From Candidatus Sumerlaeia bacterium (lineage in GTDB: Bacteria > Sumerlaeota > Sumerlaeia > MVZB01), in NCBI GenBank assembly GCA_963580245.1, contig CAUZJO010000004.1, positions 6,380 to 70,379 on the forward strand: DNA of 64,000 bases. Direction: 5' to 3'. Position numbers and translations under genes: made by a program. The notes below the pieces were generated by a model. It worked only from the letters and a program-made list of their open reading frames with translations. It did no database searches and had not been told where the DNA came from. Below are positions 39,153 to 48,269 of this stretch, in pieces. Every line of letters begins with the position of its first letter. Position 1 is the stretch's first letter.

Positions 39153-40277
39153 ATGGCAGCCACTCAAAGCCCCGAGCCCCGTGTCGTGCATCTTGATGAC
39201 GGCCGCATCTGGCGCGGCGGCCAGAATCAGGTCTGGCTATTGACTGGCGAGCTGGCCGGGCACGGCGTTGCGCAGCAACTCGTGACGCCGGTGGGCACTT
39301 CGCTTGCCCAACGCGCTCGGGAGTCCGGCATTGAGGTGATCGCCCTGGAGATGCGGGGGGAACTGGACTGGCTCAGCCCGCGTCGCATCGCCCGGGTCGC
39401 GCGCGACTTCGACGCCAACCTGATCCACGCGCACACCAGCCACGCCCACGCCCTGGGGCTGCGCGCGCTGCGGCGGATGGGGGACGGGGCGCGGCTGGTT
39501 TCGACGCGGCGGGTCGATTTCCCGGTCGGCCGGGGGTTTTTCTCGTGCCGTAAGTACACCGCCGCCGGCCAACACTTCATCGCCATCTCCGAACGCGTGC
39601 GCGAGGTGCTGATCGAGGGGGGCGTCCCGGCCGAGCGGATCGACGTTGTCGCGAGCGGCGTACCCCCCCTGCCCCCTGAGTCGCTGTGGCCGCGCGATCG
39701 AGTGCGGGCGGATCTCGGAATCGGGCCGGACGAGATTGCGATTGTGAACGTCGGCGCCCTCACCGACCACAAAGGTCAACGCTGGCTGATCGAGGCCTCC
39801 CCGTGCGTCATCGAGGCCTTTCCCCAGGCCAGGATTCACATCCTTGGCGAGGGCGAGTTGCGGAGCGACCTGGAATCCCAGATCCGAAGACTCGGACTGG
39901 AGCGGGGAGTCGTCCTGCACGGACACATTGGCGAGGCGCGTCTGAAGCTCGCGGGATTCGACCTCTACGTCTCCAGCTCTCACATGGAGGGATTGGGAAC
40001 GGCGACCCTGGATGCGATGCTGGCGGGCCTCCCCGTCGTGGCCGCCGCGGCGGGGGGCGTGCCGGAGATCGTCCAGCAGGGCCGGACGGGCCGACTGACC
40101 CCGCCCAAAGACGCCCCCGCTCTCGCCCAAGCGATCATTCTCGCCCTGACCGAACCCGACCAAAGCCGACGCATGGCCGATGCCGCCCGACGCCGCACCC
40201 GTGAGAAGTTCTCCGTAAGCGCCATGGCCGAAGGCACGTTAGACGTGTATCGGCGTTTACTGGCCCGCTCCCTTTAA
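39153..40277 (+). CDS. Glycosyltransferase family 4 (GT1-fold)
   Basis: C-terminal SSSHMEGLGTATLDAMLAGLPVVAAAAGGVPEIV EX7E-type motif. Confidence 0.75.
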   Translation: MAATQSPEPRVVHLDDGRIWRGGQNQVWLLTGELAGHGVAQQLVTPVGTSLAQRARESGIEVIALEMRGELDWLSPRRIARVARDFDANLIHAHTSHAHALGLRALRRMGDGARLVSTRRVDFPVGRGFFSCRKYTAAGQHFIAISERVREVLIEGGVPAERIDVVASGVPPLPPESLWPRDRVRADLGIGPDEIAIVNVGALTDHKGQRWLIEASPCVIEAFPQARIHILGEGELRSDLESQIRRLGLERGVVLHGHIGEARLKLAGFDLYVSSSHMEGLGTATLDAMLAGLPVVAAAAGGVPEIVQQGRTGRLTPPKDAPALAQAIILALTEPDQSRRMADAARRRTREKFSVSAMAEGTLDVYRRLLARSL

Positions 40278-40411
40278 AGGTACGCGCGCCACCATGACAG
40301 AGAAGCGGGATTCAAAGTTGACATGATCGCCGATCGGTCCTATGTTAACTGTTGTTTACTTTCCGCGGCTTTTGAACGCTCCTCTCAATCCCATCGAGGA
40401 GGTTTGACGCC

Positions 40412-41613
40412 ATGAACACTTCTCTCCGTCTCGCCATGATCGCATCGCTTCTCGCGATGATCCTCTCGGCGACCCCGCTCGCCCAGGAGACCGTATCGCC
40501 GGGCTGGGAGGTCGGCAACGTGGGATTCGCGACCAAACCCGCGTTCGATTTCGGGCCCGACGGTCGGCTACACGTCATGGGCATGACCGAGGACTTCAGC
40601 GGCGTGGTGTGGCATGCGTCGGCCACTTCGGTCGCGGGACCCTGGCCGACGACGATCCTCGCCGCGGGCTATTTTTATGGGCCCGGAGATATTCGCGTGG
40701 ACCCCGGCGGCGACGCGCACCTCGCCTGGCATAACCACACGGAACAAGACCCCAATCACGGCGTGGTCGACAACCAAGGCGGTGTGACGGTCTATCGGAT
40801 CGACACGCCGACGAGAACCATGACGGGTGGGACAACTCGCTGGCCCTGGACGCCCAGGGGGGGCTGCACATGGCATCGGTCGATCCCAGCAGCTTCGGGG
40901 CCTCCGTCAGCCTTGAATACAGCACCTTCGACGGTAACGCGTGGACCTACAACGTCGTTCAGGAGAGCGAGTCGTTCATGTAGGGCTTCAACACGGCACT
41001 GGGGATTGACTCGACCGGCGATCCCCATATCGCCTATTGCGCGGCGAGTAACTGGACCGAACCCGCCGACTTGAGATACGCGGTTCGCGACGGCAGAACC
41101 TGGCAGGTCTCCTCCATCGTCAGCGGGGGCATCCGAGGCCGGTTCCCCTCGCTGGTGATCGACGGGGCGGATCGGCCCCATGTCGCCTGGCTCGATCTCG
41201 ATAACGGTTCCCAAGCCGGCCAACCGACGGGCGGGACGGTGCGATACGCCGTCCTCGACGGAGGCGCGTGGCAGGTCCAGGACGTGGCCCGGCTCGAGAA
41301 CGTGCTCATGGGCTTTAACCACGCCCGCAAGTCGACCTCGATCGCGCTGGATTCGGACGATGGGCCCACCATCGCCTACGCCGACCAGCGCAGCGTGATG
41401 TTCGCGCGCAAGATAAACGATGCATGGGTCAGCGAGCCGGTCCTCGAATACCAGGAGGATATCTACAAGGGTTTGGTCGTGCTGCGAATCGGGCCGGGGA
41501 ACACCGTGGGGCTGGTGACGTGGCAAGCCGAGGATTCCCAACCCGGCCTAATCCGGATCGCCCTGCGCCGCGACCCGGTGGCGGCGGAGTTGAGTTCATT
41601 TGCGGTTGAGTAG
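40412..41613 (+). pseudogene. Secreted repeat (beta-propeller-like) protein, disrupted by a frameshift (~40810) and an in-frame TAG (40981-40983)
   Basis: Signal peptide MNTSLRLAMIASLLAMILSATPLAQE. Repeating units follow (HVMGM...WHASA; HLAWHNH...VYRID; LHMASVD...WTYNVV; PHIAYCAA...LRYAVRDGRTWQV; PHVAWLDL...VRYAVLDGGAWQV; PTIAYAD...). Repeat periodicity continues across the frame break and across the TAG. Confidence 0.65.
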
Positions 41614-41644
41614 GGCGCGGTACCGAGCGCGGGGGAAATAATAG

Positions 41645-41798
41645 AACGCGGATAACGCGGATCAGCCGGATTTACGCGGATTCATACCTATTAGAAGATA
41701 GACCATCCTCGAGCATGATCATCTCGGGAGTATCGCCATGGCTCATTCAATGATCCGCGTAAATCCGGTCGATCCGCGTCATCCGCGTCATCCGCGTT
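41645..41798. repeat. ~155 bp palindromic element (MITE/REP-like): ~40 bp imperfect inverted arms built from (A/G)ACGCGGAT repeats around a central ATGATCAT palindrome
   Basis: Left arm: aacgcggataacgcggatcagccggatttacgcggattcat. The reverse complement of the right arm is acgcggatgacgcggatgacgcggatcgaccggatttacgcggatcat. It sits in the convergent spacer between the beta-propeller pseudogene and ruvC. Confidence 0.7.
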
Positions 41799-41823
41799 CC
41801 ATTCTGCTTACGGAAACCACCCT

Positions 41824-42456
41824 TCAACGCCGCCGCCGACCCTTGCGCCGGCGCGAGGCCAGGAGTGCTTTGCGCGGGTCCTCCGCATCCTCCGGCCGGC
41901 CGTTGTCCGTATCCCCGTGCGCCTGTTCGATCTTCTTGTTCAGTGCCAGGCTGTGGACGTGACACAGGGCGGTGGCGAGGGCGTCGGCGGCGTGGTCGGG
42001 GCGCGGCATCTGGTCGAGGTTGAGCAGGGAGCGGACCATCATCTGGACCTGGCGCTTGGCGGCGCGGCCGTGACCCGTTAGTGCCTGCTTGATCTGGAGC
42101 GGCGTGTACTCGACGACCTCCAACCGGCGGCGGCTGGTGGCCAACACGCAGGCGGCCCGGCCGTGAGCGACCACCATCGCCGTCTTCACGTTGCGGGCGA
42201 AGTAGATCTGCTCGATCGCCGCCACGCTCGGTTTGAGGCGCTCGACCAACGCGGTGAGTTGGTCGTGAATCTTTTCGAGCCGAGCGGGCAGCGCGTCGCC
42301 GACGCGAGTTTGGATGACGCCGTATTCCACCACCTGGCCCTGAGAGCGGTCGGGGTGCCAGTCGATGACGCCATAGCCGACATTGGCCAGGCCCGGATCA
42401 ATTCCCAGGACCCGTAGGCGTCCTGAATCGTTCGTGGTGTGGGAGGCTCGGGGCAA
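41824..42456 (-). CDS. ruvC: Crossover junction endodeoxyribonuclease RuvC (with basic C-terminal tail)
   Basis: LRVLGIDPGLANVGYGVI...AAIEQIYFARNVKTAMVVAHGRAACVLA... Confidence 0.85.
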   Translation of the reverse strand: MPRASHTTNDSGRLRVLGIDPGLANVGYGVIDWHPDRSQGQVVEYGVIQTRVGDALPARLEKIHDQLTALVERLKPSVAAIEQIYFARNVKTAMVVAHGRAACVLATSRRRLEVVEYTPLQIKQALTGHGRAAKRQVQMMVRSLLNLDQMPRPDHAADALATALCHVHSLALNKKIEQAHGDTDNGRPEDAEDPRKALLASRRRKGRRRR

Positions 42457-42534
42457 TGGTGTTCGGACGCGCCGGGCGGTTGGTTGTTTCCGTCGCCCCT
42501 TGTCAGGGGCTTTTGGCTCCGGCTTAGTTTCCCC

Positions 42535-43308
42535 TCAACCGGCGTACTGTTCGATGAGGGCGTCGTCGATTTCGTAATTGGCCGAGACCTGGGTTACGTC
42601 GTCGTGGTCTTCCAGCAGCTCGAGGAGCTTGAGCAGTTTGCTGACGTCGTCGCCTTCAACCTTGACGGTGTTTTGAGGGAGGTTCTGGATGGACGAGGCG
42701 TTGATCTTAATCGAACGCTCCTCGAGTGCCGCGCGGACCGATTCGATCCGGCCCGGCTCGGTTACGATCCGATAGACCTCACCCTCGTTTTCGAAGTCGT
42801 CGGCGCCGGCCTCGAGGGCCGCCTCCATCAGCTGGTCCTCATCCTGCCCCTCCACCGGCGCCAGGATGATCCCCTTGCGCTCGAACATCCAGCCCACGCA
42901 GCCCTGCTCGCCCAAGTTGCCGCCGAACTTGGAGAAGGCGTAGCGCAACTCGGGCGTGGTGCGGTTCTTGTTGTCGGTCGTTCCCTCGACCATGATGGCG
43001 ATCCCGCCTTGGCCGTAGCCTTCAAATACGAAATCCTCGTAGGAGACCCCTTCGAGTTCGCCGGCACCCTTCTTGATCGCGCGCTCGATGTTGTCCTTGG
43101 GCATGTTGGCGTCGCGGGCGGCCTGCGCGGCGGTTCGCAGGCGCGGGTTGCCGTTAAGATCGCTGCCGCCGATCCGCGCCGCGACCGAAATCTCCTTGAT
43201 CAGCTTGGTAAACTCCTTACCGCGCCGCGCGTCAACGATCGCCTTCTTGTGTCGGATCGAATGCCATTTAGAGTGGCCGGACAATGGGGGCGGGTTCCTT
43301 TCAAGCAA
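42535..43308 (-). CDS. yebC: YebC/PmpR family DNA-binding transcriptional regulator
   Basis: SGHSKWHSIRHKKAIVDARRGKEFTKLIKEI...GYGQGGIAIMVEGTTDNKNRT. Adjacent to ruvC, as is typical. Confidence 0.9.
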   Translation of the reverse strand: MLERNPPPLSGHSKWHSIRHKKAIVDARRGKEFTKLIKEISVAARIGGSDLNGNPRLRTAAQAARDANMPKDNIERAIKKGAGELEGVSYEDFVFEGYGQGGIAIMVEGTTDNKNRTTPELRYAFSKFGGNLGEQGCVGWMFERKGIILAPVEGQDEDQLMEAALEAGADDFENEGEVYRIVTEPGRIESVRAALEERSIKINASSIQNLPQNTVKVEGDDVSKLLKLLELLEDHDDVTQVSANYEIDDALIEQYAG

Positions 43309-43460
43309 GGGGTTTAGAACTAGGGGTTCAGGGTTTATGGTTCAGTACTGCGCGTTTAAAACTATCACGCTCATGGGCCGGATCAAGAGGAAACGATTTT
43401 GTCCGCCTCTGATCATGCGCAAAACCCATCCCCAGGGGTCTCAGCCCTGGACCCTAATCC

Positions 43461-45914
43461 CTAATACTCCGTCTCCGTCCTCTCCTCGGGCAGGTCCCCT
43501 CGCTGGTCGCGATCGGAGCGGCGGCGTGAATCGCCCGCGTCGGCATCGCGACCGGCCTCTCCGGCGTCTCCCCGGCCGCGCCGTCGGCCCGAAGCGGATC
43601 GGGAGCGGCGGGTGCCGGTCGTGGAGTCGTCGCGGGACCCCGGACGGATCGAGGCTCGCTTGTCGGCGCCGAACGCCCCGGTGGGGCCGATCATGTTGCG
43701 GTCGAGCTGTTCGAGCGCGCCGCCGAGCCGGACTTCGTTGGTCGCCGTCCCGTCGCCCACGTAGGGCTCATCGGTCAGCAGGCTGCGGCCCAGTTGTTGC
43801 CCGTCCATGTTGAACGTGTCGGTGGTCGGCTCGTCGATCTCGATCGGCAGGCTGCCGGGCTCGTCTTCATTCAGTGGCTCCCCGGAGTCGCGGGGTGAGT
43901 GGGACGTATCCAGATACATCTGGAGTTCCTCGGGAATCTCGTTGACGTCATCGGGCCCCGTCGCCAGTTCCGACTCTCCCATGCTGGCTTTTGCTTTCGC
44001 ATTGACGGCGACGACCATCAGGTCGTTCTTGGGCTGCTCTTCGATGATCGTGGGCGTGATGAAGAAGACGACGTTGCTCCGGTTGTCGATCTTCTCTTGC
44101 GTGCCGAAGAGGAAACCAAGGAATGGAATATCGGCGAGAAATGGGACGCCGGAGTTGTTTTCCGTCTCGCTGTCGCTGATCAGGCCGCCGATCACCCGCG
44201 TCTCGCCGTCGGGGATGATGAGGACCGTATCCGAACGCTGGCGGGACGTGCCGACGCCGCGCTGGGTACCCCCACTAAATTCTTCTGCTGGAACGATAAT
44301 CGGCTGGCTGTTTTCAAACGAAACCTCCAGCTCAACCAGGCCGCGATTGCTGATGTGCGGCGTGATGTCGATAATCAGACCACTCTGGACAAAGGACTGG
44401 CTCGAGCTGCGACCACCGCCGTACTGACTGCCACCACCATAGCCACCACTGAAAAAGGTATTGATGATGGGGTCGTTGCGCGTGACGTCGAACGTGCCGA
44501 TCTCGTGGTTGACGATGATAATCCGGGGCCGCAACAGCAAACGGCTCCGACTATCGCTCATCGCCGCTTTGAGTTGCGCGCGGACGTTGCCGGTCAATTG
44601 AATCGCGTTGAGTCCGCTCGCGGCGGCGTTGATGATGGGTAGTCCCTCGTCGCTGGTCAAATCATTAAACGAACCGGAAAGGGCAGGTTGATCGGCGGCG
44701 ATGGCAGCGTTCAGGTCCCTGGAATACTGCCACTCCATGCCGAAGCTCAGGTCATGATCCAGCGTAATCTGCATAACCTCGCCCTCGATCAGGACCTGCT
44801 TGCGCGGGGTGTCCAGCTCCTTGAGGATGGCGTAAATCTTATCGTGCACGCTGGTCACGTCGCGGACCACCAGCTTGCCGGTGTCGCCCTGCCATTCGAG
44901 GATCGCGTCCTCGCTGATCAGCGGTTCGATAAACGTATCGACGATCTCCTCGGCGATCTCGCCGTCCAGGCCGATGTTGACCAGGTTGTAGATGCGGATC
45001 TCCTGGTCTTGGTCGAGCAGTTCGACCAGTTGCTCCATGATCTTGATCTTCTCGAAGGTATCGGTGACGATGATCAGGCGGTTGAGCGGGTCGATGTGCA
45101 TTTCGGCGGCGTCGGATTTGATTTCCTCGAGCCGGTCGGCCAGCCCCTCGGTGTCGGCGTGCTCGATCTCGAAGACGCGCGTGTAGAGCTGGGTGTCGTA
45201 TTCCTGGACGATGGCCTGGATCATGTTGATCACGTGGGGCAGCTCCACGACGATGATCTTGTTCGATCGCTCGTCGGCGGCGATCGAGCCGATCTCCGCG
45301 TTGATCATCGGCTCGAGAACCTTGACCATCTCGGCCGCGTTGATATAGCGCAGGGGAAAAATCTGGCGGATGACCTGCTCGGCCTCGACCGTCCGCACGT
45401 AGGTGTCCTTGTCCATGATTTGATAGGCGCCGTCGTCGCGTTCGACCCATACCCATTTGTTCTCGTTGCCGATCTTGGTGAGCAGGTCTTCGACGGGGAT
45501 GTCGCGCTCGCGCAGGCTGAGCTTCTGGCCCAGTGCCGCGCCCTTGGCCTCGATCCGAACCCCGTAGTCCTTTCGCAGGCGGCTGAAGACCTCGGATATA
45601 TCCATGTCCTTGTAGACGGCCCGCACGCGCGTGCTTTCGGGCCGCTCGGTGGCGAGCGGTTCGGCCGTCTCATCGGGCACGGCACCGCCGACCTGGGCGA
45701 AGCCCTCCGGCGGCCCGCCCTCATCCTCGGATTCGGAGTCGGATTCGAAAAGGACCTCGGGGGCCTCCTCGGGGGCGGTCCTGACATCGACGCTCTCTTC
45801 CTCTTCTCCCTCTTGGGCCAAGGCGACGGGGGCGACGGCCGACAACAGCACCCAAGTCAGCAGCAAGAGGCTTTGGCTCATGAGCTGGAGCTGGAACGGG
45901 TTGCGGGGTTGCAT
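43461..45914 (-). CDS. Secretin (GspD/PilQ family), full length, with R/D/S-rich C-terminal tail
   Basis: Start taken at MQPRNPFQLQLMSQSLLLLTWVLLSAVAPVALA (signal peptide). N-domains are followed by the secretin domain (VLIEGEVMQITLDHDLSFGMEW; RVIGGLISDSETENNSGVPFLADIPFLGFLFG; VVFFITPTII). TAG stop. Confidence 0.85.
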   Translation of the reverse strand: MQPRNPFQLQLMSQSLLLLTWVLLSAVAPVALAQEGEEEESVDVRTAPEEAPEVLFESDSESEDEGGPPEGFAQVGGAVPDETAEPLATERPESTRVRAVYKDMDISEVFSRLRKDYGVRIEAKGAALGQKLSLRERDIPVEDLLTKIGNENKWVWVERDDGAYQIMDKDTYVRTVEAEQVIRQIFPLRYINAAEMVKVLEPMINAEIGSIAADERSNKIIVVELPHVINMIQAIVQEYDTQLYTRVFEIEHADTEGLADRLEEIKSDAAEMHIDPLNRLIIVTDTFEKIKIMEQLVELLDQDQEIRIYNLVNIGLDGEIAEEIVDTFIEPLISEDAILEWQGDTGKLVVRDVTSVHDKIYAILKELDTPRKQVLIEGEVMQITLDHDLSFGMEWQYSRDLNAAIAADQPALSGSFNDLTSDEGLPIINAAASGLNAIQLTGNVRAQLKAAMSDSRSRLLLRPRIIIVNHEIGTFDVTRNDPIINTFFSGGYGGGSQYGGGRSSSQSFVQSGLIIDITPHISNRGLVELEVSFENSQPIIVPAEEFSGGTQRGVGTSRQRSDTVLIIPDGETRVIGGLISDSETENNSGVPFLADIPFLGFLFGTQEKIDNRSNVVFFITPTIIEEQPKNDLMVVAVNAKAKASMGESELATGPDDVNEIPEELQMYLDTSHSPRDSGEPLNEDEPGSLPIEIDEPTTDTFNMDGQQLGRSLLTDEPYVGDGTATNEVRLGGALEQLDRNMIGPTGAFGADKRASIRPGSRDDSTTGTRRSRSASGRRRGRGDAGEAGRDADAGDSRRRSDRDQRGDLPEERTETEY

Positions 45915-45993
45915 CACGGGGACCTCTCGGGGGTGTGGGATTCTGTTAGGACGACCGATCTCGGAACCATCTGTTTGTTGTCTTCGCTTCGGA

Positions 45994-46536
45994 TTAGAAT
46001 GCGACCTCGTGCGTCTGTTTGTCTTCGCCTTGTCCAAAAGCCAGGGTGATCTTCCATTCGTCCATGTCAACCGCATCAAGCCGGACTTCAACCTCGCGAT
46101 CTTTTCTGTCTTTGGCAAGCCTGGGCGGGCCGCCGACCGTGAGCTCGAACGTCTCTTCTTCCCCCTCGCGCGTTTCCTCAAGCTCCGCCCATCCCGTGTC
46201 CATGCTCACGACGTTCCACGAGGCGACGGCGTCGAACAGATTGGGCGGCTCGGGCGTGGGCGAGGGGGTCGGCGACGGGGTGGGGGTCGGGGTGTAGAGG
46301 ACCTGCATGAAGTCCTTTCCCACCAGCGCCGCATAGTCGGGATTCGCGCTAACCGGCGCCATGGGCGTCTCGGCCCCCCCCATGGTGGTCTCGCCTTGGC
46401 TCAAGTTTTCGACATGCGTTTGGGCCTCGTAGATTTGCCTGGGCGTGGTGTAGCCGGAGTTCATGATGTAGTAGATACAGCCGCCGATGACGAAGAGCAG
46501 CAGGAAGTTAATCAGTATGAGAATGCGAGAGTTCAT
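45994..46536 (-). CDS. Small membrane-anchored/lipoprotein-like protein upstream of the secretin (PilP/pilotin-like candidate)
   Basis: N-terminal hydrophobic segment ILILINFLLLFVIGGC (possible lipobox), a TPTPTPSPTPSPTPEP linker and a C-terminal beta-rich domain. Confidence 0.4.
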   Translation of the reverse strand: MNSRILILINFLLLFVIGGCIYYIMNSGYTTPRQIYEAQTHVENLSQGETTMGGAETPMAPVSANPDYAALVGKDFMQVLYTPTPTPSPTPSPTPEPPNLFDAVASWNVVSMDTGWAELEETREGEEETFELTVGGPPRLAKDRKDREVEVRLDAVDMDEWKITLAFGQGEDKQTHEVAF

Positions 46537-46547
46537 GGTGTTGGGCG

Positions 46548-48260
46548 TTATTGCTCGATGTGGAACGCGGGCTCCTGCCGATAAAGGGCCAGGCGCGCCT
46601 CGCTGTGATCCCGCAGGTAGGGGACGTTATCCACGAAGTCCATCACCAGCGCCTCGGTCTTGCCCGGGGCCGGCCGCAAGGCCCGGCCGATACGCTGGTA
46701 GGCCCGCGATTGAGATTTTCCCCCGCCCGCCAGAATAACCGCATCCAGCGTCGGCACATCGAGTCCTTCGTCGGCAAGCGTGGTGGCGATCAGGACGGGG
46801 CGCAATTTCTGTTCCAACTCCTTCAGGCATCGCCAGCGGACTTCGCTGTCCAACGCCCCGTAGGCGAAGTTGGCCTCCGGCAACAGGTTATGGAGCAATC
46901 GGCCGTGCGCGACCTGGGCCACGAGGACCAGGACCGACCGTCCCTCGGCCGCCCACTGGGTCGCCCGTGCCGCGATCATCCGATTGCGTTCTTGGTTTTC
47001 CACAATCGCCTGCTGATAAATCTCGGGGTAGCGCCTGGCGCGAAAGATGCCCCTGGGGATCCGGCAACGGGTCATGCGCAGGCGCGGGGCGACCAGGTAT
47101 CCCCCCTCAATGAGGTCCGAGCAATTGATCGCGCTGATCTTCTCGCCCAGCGCGGCCTCGAGCAGCAGGTCACATGCGTCATCGCGCCAGGGCGTGGCCG
47201 AAAGGCCATAGCGCCACGCGGCCGAACGGGTGCGCATCGCAATCTTGTAGAACGTGTCGGCCGGGACGTGATGGCATTCGTCGAAAATGACCAGCCCGGC
47301 CTGCTCGATCGCCTCGCGGACGTGTTGCCGCGTGGACTCATCGAGCCGGGTGGGTCGCTCGGCCCGGGCGACCTCTTCGTCGGAGGCTTTGGCGGAACCC
47401 GAGGCGCGGCGCGGGCCGGCTTCGAACGCGCGGGCGGCCGTCTGGATCGTGGCCACGGTGACGGGCCCCGGACGGGCCTGGCCGTCGCCAAGGATGCCGA
47501 CCTCCTGGCCAAGCTCCCTGTGCAACACCTCCTGGGTCTGATAAAGCAGGTCCAGCGTGTGGACGAAGAAAAAGGTGGGCCGGGCGATCCGGCGAATCAG
47601 ATGGGCCGCGATGAGGGTCTTGCCCCCGCCCGTGGCGATCTGAATGATGCCGCGCCGCGCCGCGATCGCGTCATCGACGACCTTCTCCTGATAGGGTCGC
47701 AGCGGCGTGGGTTCCCCGTGGAAAGGAGGCATCGGCGAAGCTTCGTCGGTCCCCTCCGCGCCCTCCTCGACAACCTCAAACGGGATTTTCCGCTCCTCGA
47801 GGACTCTGCGGACCGTCGACCAGAGGCCCGCCGGGAACGTCCCTTTGCGCCGATCGAACAGGCGGCGCTTGCCGTCCCACTTTTTCGCCTTGTATTTGGG
47901 CGAGAATTTGTAGCCCGGCACGAAATAGGAGGTGACCTGGTCGATGTCGGCCAGCGGGATGCCGCCGCCGCTCAACTGGCCTTCCAGCGGCCCGATCCGC
48001 GCCGTGAGCGGTTGCCTGACGCCCGATCGTTCAAATTGCTCGAGGATCCTCGCGTCCAGACCGGACCGGTCGAGCGCGAACAGACGCAAAATCTCCTCGA
48101 GGTGGGAAAGATGAACCTCCCAGCGCCGCTCTTTGGGATTCCAACGGCGGTCATCGAGGGTCTTGATCGCTTTGACCAAACCGGCGTCGTACGGGAACGT
48201 TACAGCCACGGTATCTTCAGCTATCAGATCGATTTGGATGGTATTGCCTCGGCAGGCCAC
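46548..48260 (-). CDS. Superfamily-2 helicase (XPB/Rad25/type III-res-like)
   Basis: Walker A IQIATGGGKTLIAAH, DEAH-box-like VIFDECHHV, and motif VI-like QRIGRALR. Has an N-terminal extra domain. Confidence 0.7.
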   Translation of the reverse strand: MACRGNTIQIDLIAEDTVAVTFPYDAGLVKAIKTLDDRRWNPKERRWEVHLSHLEEILRLFALDRSGLDARILEQFERSGVRQPLTARIGPLEGQLSGGGIPLADIDQVTSYFVPGYKFSPKYKAKKWDGKRRLFDRRKGTFPAGLWSTVRRVLEERKIPFEVVEEGAEGTDEASPMPPFHGEPTPLRPYQEKVVDDAIAARRGIIQIATGGGKTLIAAHLIRRIARPTFFFVHTLDLLYQTQEVLHRELGQEVGILGDGQARPGPVTVATIQTAARAFEAGPRRASGSAKASDEEVARAERPTRLDESTRQHVREAIEQAGLVIFDECHHVPADTFYKIAMRTRSAAWRYGLSATPWRDDACDLLLEAALGEKISAINCSDLIEGGYLVAPRLRMTRCRIPRGIFRARRYPEIYQQAIVENQERNRMIAARATQWAAEGRSVLVLVAQVAHGRLLHNLLPEANFAYGALDSEVRWRCLKELEQKLRPVLIATTLADEGLDVPTLDAVILAGGGKSQSRAYQRIGRALRPAPGKTEALVMDFVDNVPYLRDHSEARLALYRQEPAFHIEQ

Positions 48261-48269
48261 GGCGTTGGA

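Noticed and set aside
6950-40983. Possibility that the in-frame TAG codons (gspE 6950-6952, nupC 30843-30845, beta-propeller 40981-40983) reflect stop-codon recoding
   Set aside because: TAG is used as the genuine terminator of intact conserved genes here (tssL at 16082-16084, uvrB at 34306-34308, secretin at 43461-43463). The three TAGs also align to different residues (E/N-like, Y, unknown). Nonsense mutation or base error is the simpler explanation.
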